A DNA stretch of 61,379 nt, filler included. It is 5 parts of 5 records of this genome, joined end to end, with 100 filler letters (N's around TTAATTAATTAA, not from the genome) between each part and the next. Parts side by side here need not be neighbours in the genome. Positions count along the whole stretch, not along the records: positions 15,799 to 42,059 come from SRR31156797_9782; 4 more parts are not named here. One strand, 5' to 3'. The position numbers were made by a program, and so were the translations under genes. Position 1 is the stretch's first letter. Each line of letters opens with the position of its first letter. Below, piece after piece: positions 27,133 through 38,050 of this stretch. A model generated the notes under the pieces. The model made no database searches, was not told where the DNA came from, and saw only the letters and a program-made list of their open reading frames with translations.

Positions 27133-29160
27133 ATGTTTAGCAACTTCCCATATATCGAGAAAAGGATAAAAGCTATTGCCTCATTTTTATGCATTTTTTT
27201 GTGTCTGGCAATATCTTATAATGTTATTTCTGCAAACAATACTTTTACCATTGATGAGTCGGCTCCGTATTACATCAAGGCCGATTATTGGGATGTTATG
27301 CCAGCAGGTGGCGATACGGTTTTTATTTCTTCAAACAGAACGAGTGCCCTGAAAATTCTGGATCTGACTGGTGACGAATTCAACCCGATTGTATTTATCA
27401 ATAAAGGTGGACAAGTAAAAATTAATGATGACAAGTGGGGAGCAATTACATTTCAGAACTGCAAGCACATTAAACTAACAGGAACAGGCGATCCGTATTA
27501 TAAATATGGATTTTTGCTGGCAGCAAATACGTGTGGACTTGCTTTTTCTGAATTAAGCTCCGATTGTGAGGCCGAGTTTATAAAAATTAGTCATGATGGT
27601 TTTGTGGGAATTATGGCGAAAAAAGATTACGGTGGTTATCCTCCAACACCCGTTCCGGTTTTTGAAAACCTGGTTATTCACGATTGTTTTATTGAGAATG
27701 TAACCGAAGGAATGTACCTGGGGGAAACTAAAAGTCCGGGAATGGAGTTTAAGCATGTTCGTGTATACAACAATATTGTTCGCAATACCGGAAGAGAGTC
27801 CATTCAGATTGCTAATATGGTTGAAGACATCGAAGTATATAACAATACTTTACTTAATGCCGGAATGACCGATGAAAATTACCATGGAAATTTATTGCAG
27901 ATTGGAGATAATACTGTGGTAAATGCATATAACAACATTTTAATTGGTGCTCCGGCTTATGGAATAATCTCGCTTGGAAGTGGAAACAATTATTATGAAA
28001 ATAACTTCATTGCTGGATGCAAAGGTATTTTTATTGACGATCGTAAGTTTACACTGCAAGATTCTCTGATTATCATCTCTAAAAATTATTTTTCAGATAT
28101 TAATAATCCTGAAGATGAGGTGATTCGGAATATGAATGGTGAGAACTTTATTGTTGTTGAAAACAATAAGTACGATGATGAAGATGCCCTTTTTTACAGA
28201 AATTATTTTTCATCAAACACCAACTATAGTTTGGAAAACAACCAAGTAGCTGTTATTCCTGAAATATTGTTTGAAGATGCAGAGCTTAGTAATTATGCAT
28301 TGAGTGAGCAAAATCCAGACGAATATATGGCAATGGGAGCACCGGGTGGCCCAGAATTTTTCTATGATGATTCTGAAACGGAACTTCCTGTGGCAGAGCA
28401 GATTCTTTTAACGGCAGATATGTTGGTGGATGAACTTGAAGGTGGTAGTTACAAATCTGCTGAATACCTAATTGATGAACAAAATATGACTCCGGATAAT
28501 GGTTTGCATCCGGTAAGCGAATCCTGGAAACCATATTTTAATATGTCAAAAGGACCCTACCATATTTATATTGACCTGGGACAGGAATATACCCTTACCA
28601 AAATTGCGATGCATGATATGCACAACAAGAAAAACCTCGATATTTCCATTGGAGAACCTGGTAACTGGACATATTGGATGACCGAAACATGCGACATGTA
28701 CAAAACCTGGAAAGTACATGATTTTAATGTTACTACCCGGTATATTCGCTTAAGCATGAATGAAAGTGTTTATGCGGCTATAAACGAGTTGGTGGTGTAT
28801 GGATATGCGGCAGAGGAGGATGCTACTGCCAAAAGTGCTGAAATCAATACCACAGAGGAAGAGGTTGTTACCAGCACTGCAGATAGTTGGGGATATAATG
28901 AAGATGTATTTATCAGGAACAATCCGGTACAGGATAACCTGGAAATTATTATCCCAAATCAGCTAAATGAAAACTTTAAAATAGAAGTTTATGACATCAG
29001 GGGAGCAAAACTGATTTCAGAAGACTTTGTTCAAAACCATTCGACTAAAGTATCACTAAACGTTGCTGATAGATGTGCAAAAAATGGTGTTTACATAATG
29101 CATTATACCAATGCACAGGGGTATGCTAAATCAATTAAGTTTTTGAAAAACGGAATTTAG
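27133..29160 (+). CDS. Secreted parallel beta-helix protein with discoidin/F5-8-like module and T9SS C-terminal domain
   Basis: Signal peptide; repeated (V/I)YNN turns; IYIDLG..TRYIRL..INELVVYG; NPVQD..IEVYDIRG..GVYI..KFLK. Confidence 0.8.
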   Translation: MFSNFPYIEKRIKAIASFLCIFLCLAISYNVISANNTFTIDESAPYYIKADYWDVMPAGGDTVFISSNRTSALKILDLTGDEFNPIVFINKGGQVKINDDKWGAITFQNCKHIKLTGTGDPYYKYGFLLAANTCGLAFSELSSDCEAEFIKISHDGFVGIMAKKDYGGYPPTPVPVFENLVIHDCFIENVTEGMYLGETKSPGMEFKHVRVYNNIVRNTGRESIQIANMVEDIEVYNNTLLNAGMTDENYHGNLLQIGDNTVVNAYNNILIGAPAYGIISLGSGNNYYENNFIAGCKGIFIDDRKFTLQDSLIIISKNYFSDINNPEDEVIRNMNGENFIVVENNKYDDEDALFYRNYFSSNTNYSLENNQVAVIPEILFEDAELSNYALSEQNPDEYMAMGAPGGPEFFYDDSETELPVAEQILLTADMLVDELEGGSYKSAEYLIDEQNMTPDNGLHPVSESWKPYFNMSKGPYHIYIDLGQEYTLTKIAMHDMHNKKNLDISIGEPGNWTYWMTETCDMYKTWKVHDFNVTTRYIRLSMNESVYAAINELVVYGYAAEEDATAKSAEINTTEEEVVTSTADSWGYNEDVFIRNNPVQDNLEIIIPNQLNENFKIEVYDIRGAKLISEDFVQNHSTKVSLNVADRCAKNGVYIMHYTNAQGYAKSIKFLKNGI

Positions 29161-29183
29161 ATAGATCATTTTACAATAAATAA

Positions 29184-30320
29184 TTAGTCGGGAGATCCGT
29201 TCTTCCCGGCCAATACTTCTACAAAGAAGGTTGTTCCTTTGCCTAATTCACTTTCTACCCAAATTGTTCCCCCGTTTTTTTCCACAAAATCTTTACACAG
29301 GGTTAGTCCAAGTCCACTACCGGCTTCGCGGTTCGTACCATAGGTAGTATAGTGGGTGTTCGGATTTAAAACTTTGGGTAGATCTTCTTCAGAAATACCA
29401 ACTCCGGAATCGACAACATTAATTTTAACCTTATTGCCATTTTGCAGGGCAGAAATTGAGATTGATCCATTATCAGGTGTAAACTTAATGGCATTGGATA
29501 CCAGGTTTCGAAGTACAACTTTTAAAGTGCTTAAATCGGCAAAAACAGAAGCATTTTCATCGATATCCACCTTAAAATCAATCTTTTTTAAATCGATATT
29601 TCCTTTATTGAGTAAATAAACACTATTGGCCAATTCTTTCAGTCTTAGATTTTCCTGGCTAATGCTTAGGTTTCCACTCTGCGATTTTGCCCATCCTAAC
29701 AGGTTTTCAAGCAAGCTAAAAACTTCATCTGTGGTTTTTAGCATGATATTTATGTTTTCGTTTATTGCTTCATCAGCCGAAACATTCATTTGCGATAAAA
29801 ATTCAAGGGTCATCTTCACGCTGCTCAGAGGCGAGCGCAGGTCGTGTCCGATTACCGAAAACATTTTATCTTTTAGCGAATTTAATTCTGTAAGATGATT
29901 TGTTGTTTTCTCCAGCTTATCGCGTGTTTGTTTCAGGTCGAGGTGGGTGGTAACCCGGCTAATCAGTTCATCTTTATTAAACGGTTTGGTAATGTAATCC
30001 ACACCTCCAACTTTAAATCCTTTAACAAGACTTTCGGTATCGTTTAACGCCGTAATAAAAATTACCGGAATATTTTCATTTTCACTTTTCGATTTAATTA
30101 TCTGACAAGCCTCAAAACCATCCATTTTAGGCATCATAACGTCCAATAATATTAAATCCGGACGAGTTTGTTCCACCAAATCAATTGCTTGCTCTCCATT
30201 GGTGGCAATAACAATTTTATATTTTAATGAACGAAGTATAAGCGCAACAACCTTTATATTGTTCGGATTATCATCAACAATCAGAATGGTTGGGATTATT
30301 TCTTTTATGCCTTTATCCAT
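29184..30320 (-). CDS. Hybrid REC-histidine kinase
   Basis: ILIVDD, LLDVMMP, HDLRSP, NAIKF, DSGVG, GSGLGL. Confidence 0.93.
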   Translation of the reverse strand: MDKGIKEIIPTILIVDDNPNNIKVVALILRSLKYKIVIATNGEQAIDLVEQTRPDLILLDVMMPKMDGFEACQIIKSKSENENIPVIFITALNDTESLVKGFKVGGVDYITKPFNKDELISRVTTHLDLKQTRDKLEKTTNHLTELNSLKDKMFSVIGHDLRSPLSSVKMTLEFLSQMNVSADEAINENINIMLKTTDEVFSLLENLLGWAKSQSGNLSISQENLRLKELANSVYLLNKGNIDLKKIDFKVDIDENASVFADLSTLKVVLRNLVSNAIKFTPDNGSISISALQNGNKVKINVVDSGVGISEEDLPKVLNPNTHYTTYGTNREAGSGLGLTLCKDFVEKNGGTIWVESELGKGTTFFVEVLAGKNGSPD

Positions 30321-30341
30321 AGTTTATAAATTTTTAGTAAG

Positions 30342-30378
30342 CAGATGAAGTAAAAATATTTTCATTTTACTTCATCTG
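30342..30378. terminator. Hairpin between uxs and the hybrid kinase
   Basis: CAGATGAAGTAAAA / TTTTACTTCATCTG inverted repeat; no clear U-tract. Confidence 0.55.
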
Positions 30379-30403
30379 TATAATTGAAATCAAAAAAGTA
30401 TAA

Positions 30404-31354
30404 TCATGCTTTTCCTTCTTTTAAAAGCTGGTCGAAGTAGGAAATTGTTTTTCCTAATCCGTCACGCAATGGAACCTTGGGTTCCCATCCATTTAATTTC
30501 TCTTTTGCAAGAGAAATGTCGGGTTGGCGCTGTGTAGGATCATCCTTGGGCAATGGCAAATGTATAATCTTCGATTTTGAACCTGTGATATCAATAATTT
30601 CACTGGCCAGTTCTAACATAGTAAACTCACCCGGATTACCAATGTTAATAGGCCCGGTAAAACTATCTTCAGTAGCCATCATTCTGATCATACCCTCTAC
30701 GAGGTCACTAACATATTGAAAACTACGCGTTTGTTGCCCATCTCCAAAAATGGTGATATCCTGCCCTTGTAATGCCTGGATAATAAAATTTGAAACAACC
30801 CGGCCATCGTCTGGTTCCATTTTTGGGCCATATGTATTAAAAATACGGATTATCTTGATAAGGACATCGTTTTGAGCATGGTAATTAACAAATAACGATT
30901 CGGCGCATCTTTTTCCTTCATCGTAACACGAACGTATGCCAATTGGATTTACATTTCCCCAGTAATCTTCGGTTTGCGGATGAATAGCAGGATCTCCATA
31001 TACTTCGCTGGTTGAGGCCTGTAGAATTTTTGCTTTAATACGTTTGGCCAAACCAAGCATATTTACCGCACCCATTACCGACGTTTTAATGGTTTTTATG
31101 GGATTATATTGGTAGTGAACTGGAGAAGCCGGACAAGCCAGATTATAAATCTCATCAACTTCGATGTAAAAAGGTTGTGTAACATCATGTCTGACCAATT
31201 CAAAAAATGGATTCTCGAGCAGGTGGATGATTTTGCTTTTTTTCCCGGTAAAATAATTATCCAGACATATTACTTCGTTTCCTTCTTTTAATAGCCTTTC
31301 ACATAAATGCGATCCAACAAAACCCGCACCTCCTGTAACTAAAATTCTTTTCAT
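30404..31354 (-). CDS. uxs: UDP-glucuronate decarboxylase (UDP-xylose synthase)
   Basis: [39 protein letters not shown]. Confidence 0.93.
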   Translation of the reverse strand: MKRILVTGGAGFVGSHLCERLLKEGNEVICLDNYFTGKKSKIIHLLENPFFELVRHDVTQPFYIEVDEIYNLACPASPVHYQYNPIKTIKTSVMGAVNMLGLAKRIKAKILQASTSEVYGDPAIHPQTEDYWGNVNPIGIRSCYDEGKRCAESLFVNYHAQNDVLIKIIRIFNTYGPKMEPDDGRVVSNFIIQALQGQDITIFGDGQQTRSFQYVSDLVEGMIRMMATEDSFTGPINIGNPGEFTMLELASEIIDITGSKSKIIHLPLPKDDPTQRQPDISLAKEKLNGWEPKVPLRDGLGKTISYFDQLLKEGKA

Positions 31355-31363
31355 AGCGCTGGT

Positions 31364-32686
31364 TTATTTAGTTTTACGTCCTATTGCATAATATTCAAAG
31401 CCATACTCTTCCATTTCTTCAGGATCATAAATGTTTCGTCCGTCAAATACCAATTTGTTCTTTAAGAGTTTCTCAAGTACTTTGAAATTCGGCATCCGGA
31501 AATCAGGCCATTCGGTCACAAGAATAAGTGCATCACAATCGATAGCAGCACCGTATTCATCTTTTGCATATTCAATTTTATCACCTAAAATGCGGTTAGC
31601 TTCTTCCATAGCTACCGGATCGTAAGCAACTACCGATGCGCCTGATTCAACAAGTTTTTCGATAATTACTAATGAAGGAGCTTCGCGCATATCGTCGGTT
31701 TTTGGTTTAAAGGCCAAACCCCACATCCCAAACTTTTTACCTTTTATTCCTCCATTAAAATGACCGGATATTTTTTTGAACAGAACTTCTTTTTGACGAT
31801 AATTGACTGATTCTACCGCTTTTAAAATATCCAACGAATAATTGTTCTCATCAGCTGTACGTATTAGCGCCTGAACATCTTTCGGGAAACATGATCCTCC
31901 GTACCCTGTTCCTGGATAAATAAATTTATTGCCAATTCTAGCGTCTGAACCAATACCTTTTCTAACGTTATCAACATCGGCACCAACAATCTCGCAAAGG
32001 TTGGCAATATCGTTTATAAAACTAATTTTTGTAGCAAGCATTGAATTTGCTGCGTACTTGGTCATTTCCGATGAAGTAATGTCCATAAAGAGAATCGGAT
32101 GTCCGTTCAGAAGGAAAGGTTTGTACAGGCGTTTCATTACCTTTTGGGCTCTTTTTGATTCGGTCCCGATAACTATTCTGTCAGGTTTTAAGAAATCAGC
32201 CACAGCACTACCTTCTTTCAAAAATTCAGGATTTGAAGCAACATCAAAAGGAATATCTTCTCCTCTTTTTTCCAGTTCTTCAGCAATTGCTTGTTTTACT
32301 TTAAGTGATGTACCAACAGGGACAGTACTCTTTGTAACAACTACCAGGTAATGATCCATGTTTTTCCCAATTTCCCGGGCAACTGCCAGAACATACTTTA
32401 AATCGGCACTTCCGTCTTCATCCGGAGGGGTACCAACGGCAATAAACACAGCATCAGCATCTTTTATACTATCTGTAAGGTTTGTAGTAAATTTCAGTCT
32501 GTCCTTTTCAACATTTTTTGAATAAATGTCTTCAAGTCCGGGTTCGTAAATTGGAATTATTCCATTGTTTAGATTATCAATTTTTTTCTGATCAATGTCA
32601 ACACAAACAACATCAATTCCGGTTTCAGCAAAGCATGTTCCCGAAACCAATCCAACATAACCGGTTCCTACTACTGATATCTTCAT
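31364..32686 (-). CDS. ugd: UDP-glucose 6-dehydrogenase
   Basis: GTGYVG, KSTVPVG, NPEFLKEG, GYGGSCFPKD, FKPKTDDMRE. Confidence 0.95.
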   Translation of the reverse strand: MKISVVGTGYVGLVSGTCFAETGIDVVCVDIDQKKIDNLNNGIIPIYEPGLEDIYSKNVEKDRLKFTTNLTDSIKDADAVFIAVGTPPDEDGSADLKYVLAVAREIGKNMDHYLVVVTKSTVPVGTSLKVKQAIAEELEKRGEDIPFDVASNPEFLKEGSAVADFLKPDRIVIGTESKRAQKVMKRLYKPFLLNGHPILFMDITSSEMTKYAANSMLATKISFINDIANLCEIVGADVDNVRKGIGSDARIGNKFIYPGTGYGGSCFPKDVQALIRTADENNYSLDILKAVESVNYRQKEVLFKKISGHFNGGIKGKKFGMWGLAFKPKTDDMREAPSLVIIEKLVESGASVVAYDPVAMEEANRILGDKIEYAKDEYGAAIDCDALILVTEWPDFRMPNFKVLEKLLKNKLVFDGRNIYDPEEMEEYGFEYYAIGRKTK

Positions 32687-32985
32687 AGTTGATTAATTAA
32701 GAATTTGTATTACTTTTTGTTAAACTTCTAATTTAATGGTTTGTTTACTTCTTAGCTTTCCGGAGATATGATTATTATCCAAAAAACTTTATTAAATATA
32801 GGTATTTTACCTGTACGGATTCAGTCTGGAATGGCATTTTTAGAGATTTCATTAGATTTTCTTCTTTCTTATAATATTCAGTTGGATTCATTGAGCAAAA
32901 GACCTATATTCAAAGGATAAAATTACTTATCTTAACTAAGAAAAAAGCATGTCGTACTTTAGAATAAAACTAAAACAGTAAATTT

Positions 32986-33528
32986 ATGAAGGGATTAGTT
33001 TTTAGAGAGTTTCTTGAAATGGTTGAAAAAGAATATGGGTACGAAACCGTTGATTCCATCATTGAAAAATCAAAAGTTAAGAGTAGGGGGATTTATACCT
33101 CGGTTGGCACATATCCTCATTCCGAAATTTTCGCATTGGTTACTGAATTAAGTAAAATTACCAGTATTGGTATTGATGAACTATTGTTTACATTTGGGAA
33201 ATATGTATTTAATGTGTTCTTAAAGTCTTACCCCCGATTTTTTGAGAATAAAAAGAGTTCGTTCGAAATCTTGGCCGATGTGGAAGATACAATACATGTT
33301 GAGGTTCTAAAACTATATCCAGAGGCAGAATTACCAAATTTTGAGGTAAAAGAATATACTAGTGATCGAATGACGATGATTTATCGATCGCAGCGGAAGA
33401 TGGCAAATTTTGCTGAAGGTTTAATCAATGGGTGTTTGGCTCATTTTAATGAGATTGCCAGGGTAGAAAAACACTTTGTTGAGGACGATGGATCGGTTGT
33501 GTCATTTACAATTAGTAAAAATGAGTAA
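32986..33528 (+). CDS. H-NOX heme NO-binding protein
   Basis: MKGLVF start, proximal His in IHVEV, LP, YRSQR (YxSxR). Confidence 0.93.
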   Translation: MKGLVFREFLEMVEKEYGYETVDSIIEKSKVKSRGIYTSVGTYPHSEIFALVTELSKITSIGIDELLFTFGKYVFNVFLKSYPRFFENKKSSFEILADVEDTIHVEVLKLYPEAELPNFEVKEYTSDRMTMIYRSQRKMANFAEGLINGCLAHFNEIARVEKHFVEDDGSVVSFTISKNE

Positions 33529-36500
33529 ACAAATTGAATTGCTACAGAAGAAGTTATCTCGCGAATCGGAAGCAAGAAAACAAGCTGAACAACTTCTTGA
33601 GGAAAAATCATTAGAACTTTACAACTCCAACGAAAAACTAAAAGATTTAAATACAAATCTCGAGTTCTTGGTTGAAGAACGTACTGAAAAGTTAAAAGAT
33701 AGCGAGCTGGAATACCAAACAATGGTGGAAAGCATTAACGACATGATTTTTCGGCTTGATTTATCGGGGAAAATCTCTTTTGTGAACCAAATAGCATACA
33801 GGATTCTGGGAGAGGAAGGAGATAATTTTATCGGACGTTCAGTATTCGACTTCATTAGCCCCAAAGACCGCAAAAAGGTATTCAGTTATTTTGCTCGTCA
33901 ATATTTAAAACGCAATTGTATTAATTATTATGAAATTGGTCTGGAAACCAGGTTTAATAAAAAGATATGGCTTCGACTAAATGTACAGTTTTCGAGTAGC
34001 AATTGTAAATTCTGTATACCAAAACAGCATGCTTTAGCAGGAATAGGTGACGAATTAATAGCTGAAAGCAATTGTAAATTTAAAGAGATAATCATTGTTG
34101 CCCATGACATAACCCAACAACGTTTAGCACAGGAGCGGCTCGAAAAAAGTGAAAAAAAGTACCGGGAACTTACCGAGTCGTTGCCGGAAATGATATGTGA
34201 ATTGGAAGTTTCTGGTAAACTCACTTATGTTAATAAATATGCTCTTGATAAATTAGGATACACAAAAGAAGAGGTATTATCTGAAAGTTTTAACATCCTT
34301 AATATATTTCCGGGAAAACAGCGAAAACAGGTTGAGAAAATCCTGGGATCAATTGCTAAGACCGGGGAAAAAACCGCAAATGAATATATTGCGGTAAATA
34401 AGAAAGGCCAGGAGTTGGATGTAATCGTTTATACCTCTCCAATTCTTGAACAAGGGAAAGTTATAGGATTACGTGGAGTAATGTTTGATATTTCAGTACG
34501 AAAAAGACAGGAACTTGAAATTGCACATAACCTTAAACAACAAAAGTTATTGTCTGATATCTCGATGAGTTACAATTCATTAATCGATTTTGAGAATAAG
34601 ACCAAAGATGCACTTCGCCTGATTGGTGAGCATCTGAATGTAAGCAGGGTGTATATTTTTGAAGACAATGAAGATGGAGAATTTACCAGTAATACATACG
34701 AGTGGTGTAATAATGGAATTGATGCACAAATTAACGAACTACAAGACATTCCATATTCGATTATGCCTTCCTGGAAAAAGTTTTTGGAGGAAGAGGGGAT
34801 AATTTTTTCAGAAAATATAACGGAATTACCAAAAGATATTTATGATATTTTAGAACCTCAGAGTATAAAGTCAGTTTTGGTTTTCCCCTTAAAGCTGCGA
34901 GAAAAGCAACTTGGTTTTATCGGCTTCGATCAGTGTGTGGAGAATCATTACTGGCGCGAATCTGAAATTGAACTTCTACGTACAATTTCAAATGTTATTT
35001 CGCATAATTTTCAGCGTCAACGCGTGCAAAATAACCTGGTGGAGAGTGAAATAGAAAATCGAATCATCATCGATTCAATTCCAGATGTAATTATTCACTC
35101 CGATAGTTGGGGAGAAATAAAAGCTTTAAAAGCTTCTAAAAAATCAAACCTATTAAACCTAGTTAAAAATAAGAACAGTAATTCTATCTTTTCAGCTTTT
35201 AACGAAAAGGTTGGAAAACTGATACACGATGCTATAAAAGAATGCTTGGAGAAAGAGGAATTTCAGGTTGAGTTTAAAAACCTCAATTGGGGAGAAATGG
35301 AATATTACGAAGCACGTCTTGTTAAACTTAACGAAAGCGAAGTATTAATAATTGTACGTGACGTTACCGTAATTAAAGAACACGAAAAACAGCTTGAAAT
35401 AGCAAAAAACAAAGCAGAAGAAGCTTCAAAAATGAAGTCTGAGTTTTTAGCAAATGTTTCTCACGAAATTCGTACCCCGCTTAATGCCATTCTTGGTTTT
35501 AGTCAGTGGCTTTTTGATAATACCGAGGCACAAATGCATAAGGAGTATTTATCGTCCATTATCAATAGTGGAAGAAGTTTACTGGATGTAATCAATGATA
35601 TTCTTGACCTTTCGAGGATTGAGGTCGGTAAGATTGATATTGAGCTTAACCCTATGAATTACAGGGAAATTGTTTCTGATGTTAAGTTTGCTTTTCAGAA
35701 CGAAATAGAACAAAAGGAACTTAGCTTTAAAATTACCACGGAAGATTCAATTCCTGAGTATCTTTTTATGGATGAGTTGAGGTTTTATCAAATTTTATTC
35801 AACCTGGTAAGTAATGCAGTTAAGTTTACCGAAAGAGGGTACATACATGTACTGGCTACTGCCGTGAAGAATGAAAAAGAAGATGAAGTAGATTTGATTA
35901 TTTCTGTTGAAGATACAGGAATAGGTATTCCGGAAGAAAAGCAAAAAGTAATATTTGATTCGTTTACCCAACAAGATGGGCAAAGTAACAGAAAATACGA
36001 AGGCACTGGTTTAGGACTGGCAATTGTTGATGGACTTTTAAAACGATTAAACGGAACTATTTCTATACAAAGTAAAGTGGGCAAAGGATCTACTTTTACC
36101 TTAACATTTAGTGGGCTTAAGATCGATCATACTACACATGTTGATAGTCAGTTGCAACTTGAAGCCAATGTATCGAGTGCAGTTTTGGGACCTTGCACAA
36201 TTATGATAGTTGACGATATAGAATACAACATTGGTGTATTAAAAGCACTCATTAATTCGAAACATGTAAATTACATTGAAGCTATTGATGGCTCGGAAGC
36301 ATTGGCAAAATTGAATACAGAGAAACCGGATCTTATTTTTATGGATATAAGAATGCCTGGGTTGGATGGTTTTGAAGTAACAAAACTTATTAAAAACAAT
36401 AACGAATTAAAACATGTTCCTATTATTGCTTTCTCTGCTTCTACCTTAAAATCAAGAACAGAATTGATTGAATTATTATTTGATGATTTTCTTCAAAAGC

Positions 36501-36886
36501 CAGTTTTCAAAAAGGACTTGGAAGACATGTTATTGCGTTTTTTGCCTGATAAATTTAAATACAAAGAAGTAGTAAAATCAAAATCAGCGAAAAATGAGCC
36601 TGAGTTGAGTAACGAATGTATAGCTAACTTACCTGCAGTATTAAAAGAACTGGAAAACAACTTTTTAACCCAGTGGAAAAACCTTAAAGGTAGTTTGGTT
36701 ATTTATGAAATTGAAGAATTTAAATCGAAGCTTTCAGATATGGCTTATCAGAATTCCTGTAATCCTGTTTTACAATTTTGCAGCGAATTGGATATGGCTT
36801 TACACGCTTTTGATATTGAATTAATTGAAAAGAGAATGGCAGACTTTCCTAAATTAATCGATCATCTTAAAAAAGTAAAGGGTTGA
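33521..36886 (+). CDS. H-NOX-associated hybrid kinase (PAS-PAS-GAF-PAS-HisKA-HATPase-REC)
   Basis: DIT/DIS/DVT PAS ends, VSRVYIF..YEWC GAF, SHEIRTPL, NAVKF, GTGLGL, MDIRMP. Confidence 0.92.
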   Translation: MSKQIELLQKKLSRESEARKQAEQLLEEKSLELYNSNEKLKDLNTNLEFLVEERTEKLKDSELEYQTMVESINDMIFRLDLSGKISFVNQIAYRILGEEGDNFIGRSVFDFISPKDRKKVFSYFARQYLKRNCINYYEIGLETRFNKKIWLRLNVQFSSSNCKFCIPKQHALAGIGDELIAESNCKFKEIIIVAHDITQQRLAQERLEKSEKKYRELTESLPEMICELEVSGKLTYVNKYALDKLGYTKEEVLSESFNILNIFPGKQRKQVEKILGSIAKTGEKTANEYIAVNKKGQELDVIVYTSPILEQGKVIGLRGVMFDISVRKRQELEIAHNLKQQKLLSDISMSYNSLIDFENKTKDALRLIGEHLNVSRVYIFEDNEDGEFTSNTYEWCNNGIDAQINELQDIPYSIMPSWKKFLEEEGIIFSENITELPKDIYDILEPQSIKSVLVFPLKLREKQLGFIGFDQCVENHYWRESEIELLRTISNVISHNFQRQRVQNNLVESEIENRIIIDSIPDVIIHSDSWGEIKALKASKKSNLLNLVKNKNSNSIFSAFNEKVGKLIHDAIKECLEKEEFQVEFKNLNWGEMEYYEARLVKLNESEVLIIVRDVTVIKEHEKQLEIAKNKAEEASKMKSEFLANVSHEIRTPLNAILGFSQWLFDNTEAQMHKEYLSSIINSGRSLLDVINDILDLSRIEVGKIDIELNPMNYREIVSDVKFAFQNEIEQKELSFKITTEDSIPEYLFMDELRFYQILFNLVSNAVKFTERGYIHVLATAVKNEKEDEVDLIISVEDTGIGIPEEKQKVIFDSFTQQDGQSNRKYEGTGLGLAIVDGLLKRLNGTISIQSKVGKGSTFTLTFSGLKIDHTTHVDSQLQLEANVSSAVLGPCTIMIVDDIEYNIGVLKALINSKHVNYIEAIDGSEALAKLNTEKPDLIFMDIRMPGLDGFEVTKLIKNNNELKHVPIIAFSASTLKSRTELIELLFDDFLQKPVFKKDLEDMLLRFLPDKFKYKEVVKSKSAKNEPELSNECIANLPAVLKELENNFLTQWKNLKGSLVIYEIEEFKSKLSDMAYQNSCNPVLQFCSELDMALHAFDIELIEKRMADFPKLIDHLKKVKG

Positions 36887-36908
36887 TCTTAAAAATCAGC
36901 CCTTTACT
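36874..36908. terminator. Hairpin between convergent kinase genes
   Basis: AGTAAAGGGTTGAT / ATCAGCCCTTTACT. Confidence 0.7.
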
Positions 36909-36912
36909 GTCT

Positions 36913-38034
36913 TTATAAATTAATATTCTGTTTTTCTCCGTTTATTTTTGACACAGGAACTGTAAACCAAACATTGGTGCCTTCTCCGGGGGTACTTTCA
37001 ATACCAATCTCCCCTTCGTTTATTTTTGTAAACTCCTTGCATAAAACCAATCCCAAACCATGACCTTGTTCATTGGCTGTTCCATGAGATGTAGTTTTGG
37101 TTTCAATTGAAAACAGGTTCTCAATTTTTTCAGGTTCAATACCAACACCAGAATCTTTAACGGCAACCTTTACGCACTTGTCAATAATTTCAGCCGAAAT
37201 ATCGATAGTGCCTCCTTTGTTCGTGAATTTTAAAGCATTGGAAACCAGATTTCTTAGGATAAGTAAGATCATGTTTCGGTCGCCATAAACTGTATGCTCA
37301 AAACCTTCGGTGATGGCAATGTTAATATTTTTAGCCTGAGCTATTTTCTGATGATTGCGTTTAATTTCTTCGAATATACAAGTTAACTTTAAGCTTTCGG
37401 GAGAAAATTTGATGGCTCCGGTTTGCGAGCGAGCCCATTTTAAAAGGTTCTCTAATAATTCCAGTGTATTTTGCGAGGTTGTTTCAATATCTTCAAGTAA
37501 TTCTTTTGTTTCGTCAGGTGTTAAAAATTCACCACCTTCTTGTATCAATTGAACAAAGTTGGTAATAATGCCAAAAGCACCTCTTAAATCGTGCGACATT
37601 ATAGAGAAAAATTTGTTTTTTGAACGAACTTCATCGGCAAGAGTTTGCTGAGTTTGTCGTAAGGTGAGGTGAGTTTGAACCCGTGCCACCAATTCCTTCC
37701 CAATAAATGGTTTTGTTACATAATCTATAGCACCAAGCTTAAATCCTTCAACTATGTCCTCCGTTTCGGTTTTTGCCGATAGAAAAATAACAGGAATATC
37801 TTTGGTTGCATCGTTGCTTTTTAATCTTCGGCACGTTTCATGCCCGTCCATTACGGGCATCATTACATCTAGCAAAATTAAATCCGGTTTTACCTTTTCA
37901 ACGGTGTCAAGTGCCTGTTGCCCGTTCATGGCCACAGCCAGTTCGCAATTAAATTTGGCCAATAAAGTACCTAATACTTGAATGTTTTTGGGGACATCAT
38001 CTACGATTAAGATTACTGGTTTTTTGTTTTGCAT
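36913..38034 (-). CDS. Hybrid REC-histidine kinase
   Basis: ILIVDD, LDVMMP, SHDLRG, NALKF, GHGLGL; paralogous to 29184-30320. Confidence 0.93.
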   Translation of the reverse strand: MQNKKPVILIVDDVPKNIQVLGTLLAKFNCELAVAMNGQQALDTVEKVKPDLILLDVMMPVMDGHETCRRLKSNDATKDIPVIFLSAKTETEDIVEGFKLGAIDYVTKPFIGKELVARVQTHLTLRQTQQTLADEVRSKNKFFSIMSHDLRGAFGIITNFVQLIQEGGEFLTPDETKELLEDIETTSQNTLELLENLLKWARSQTGAIKFSPESLKLTCIFEEIKRNHQKIAQAKNINIAITEGFEHTVYGDRNMILLILRNLVSNALKFTNKGGTIDISAEIIDKCVKVAVKDSGVGIEPEKIENLFSIETKTTSHGTANEQGHGLGLVLCKEFTKINEGEIGIESTPGEGTNVWFTVPVSKINGEKQNINL

Positions 38035-38050
38035 GAATTGTATATTCGTG

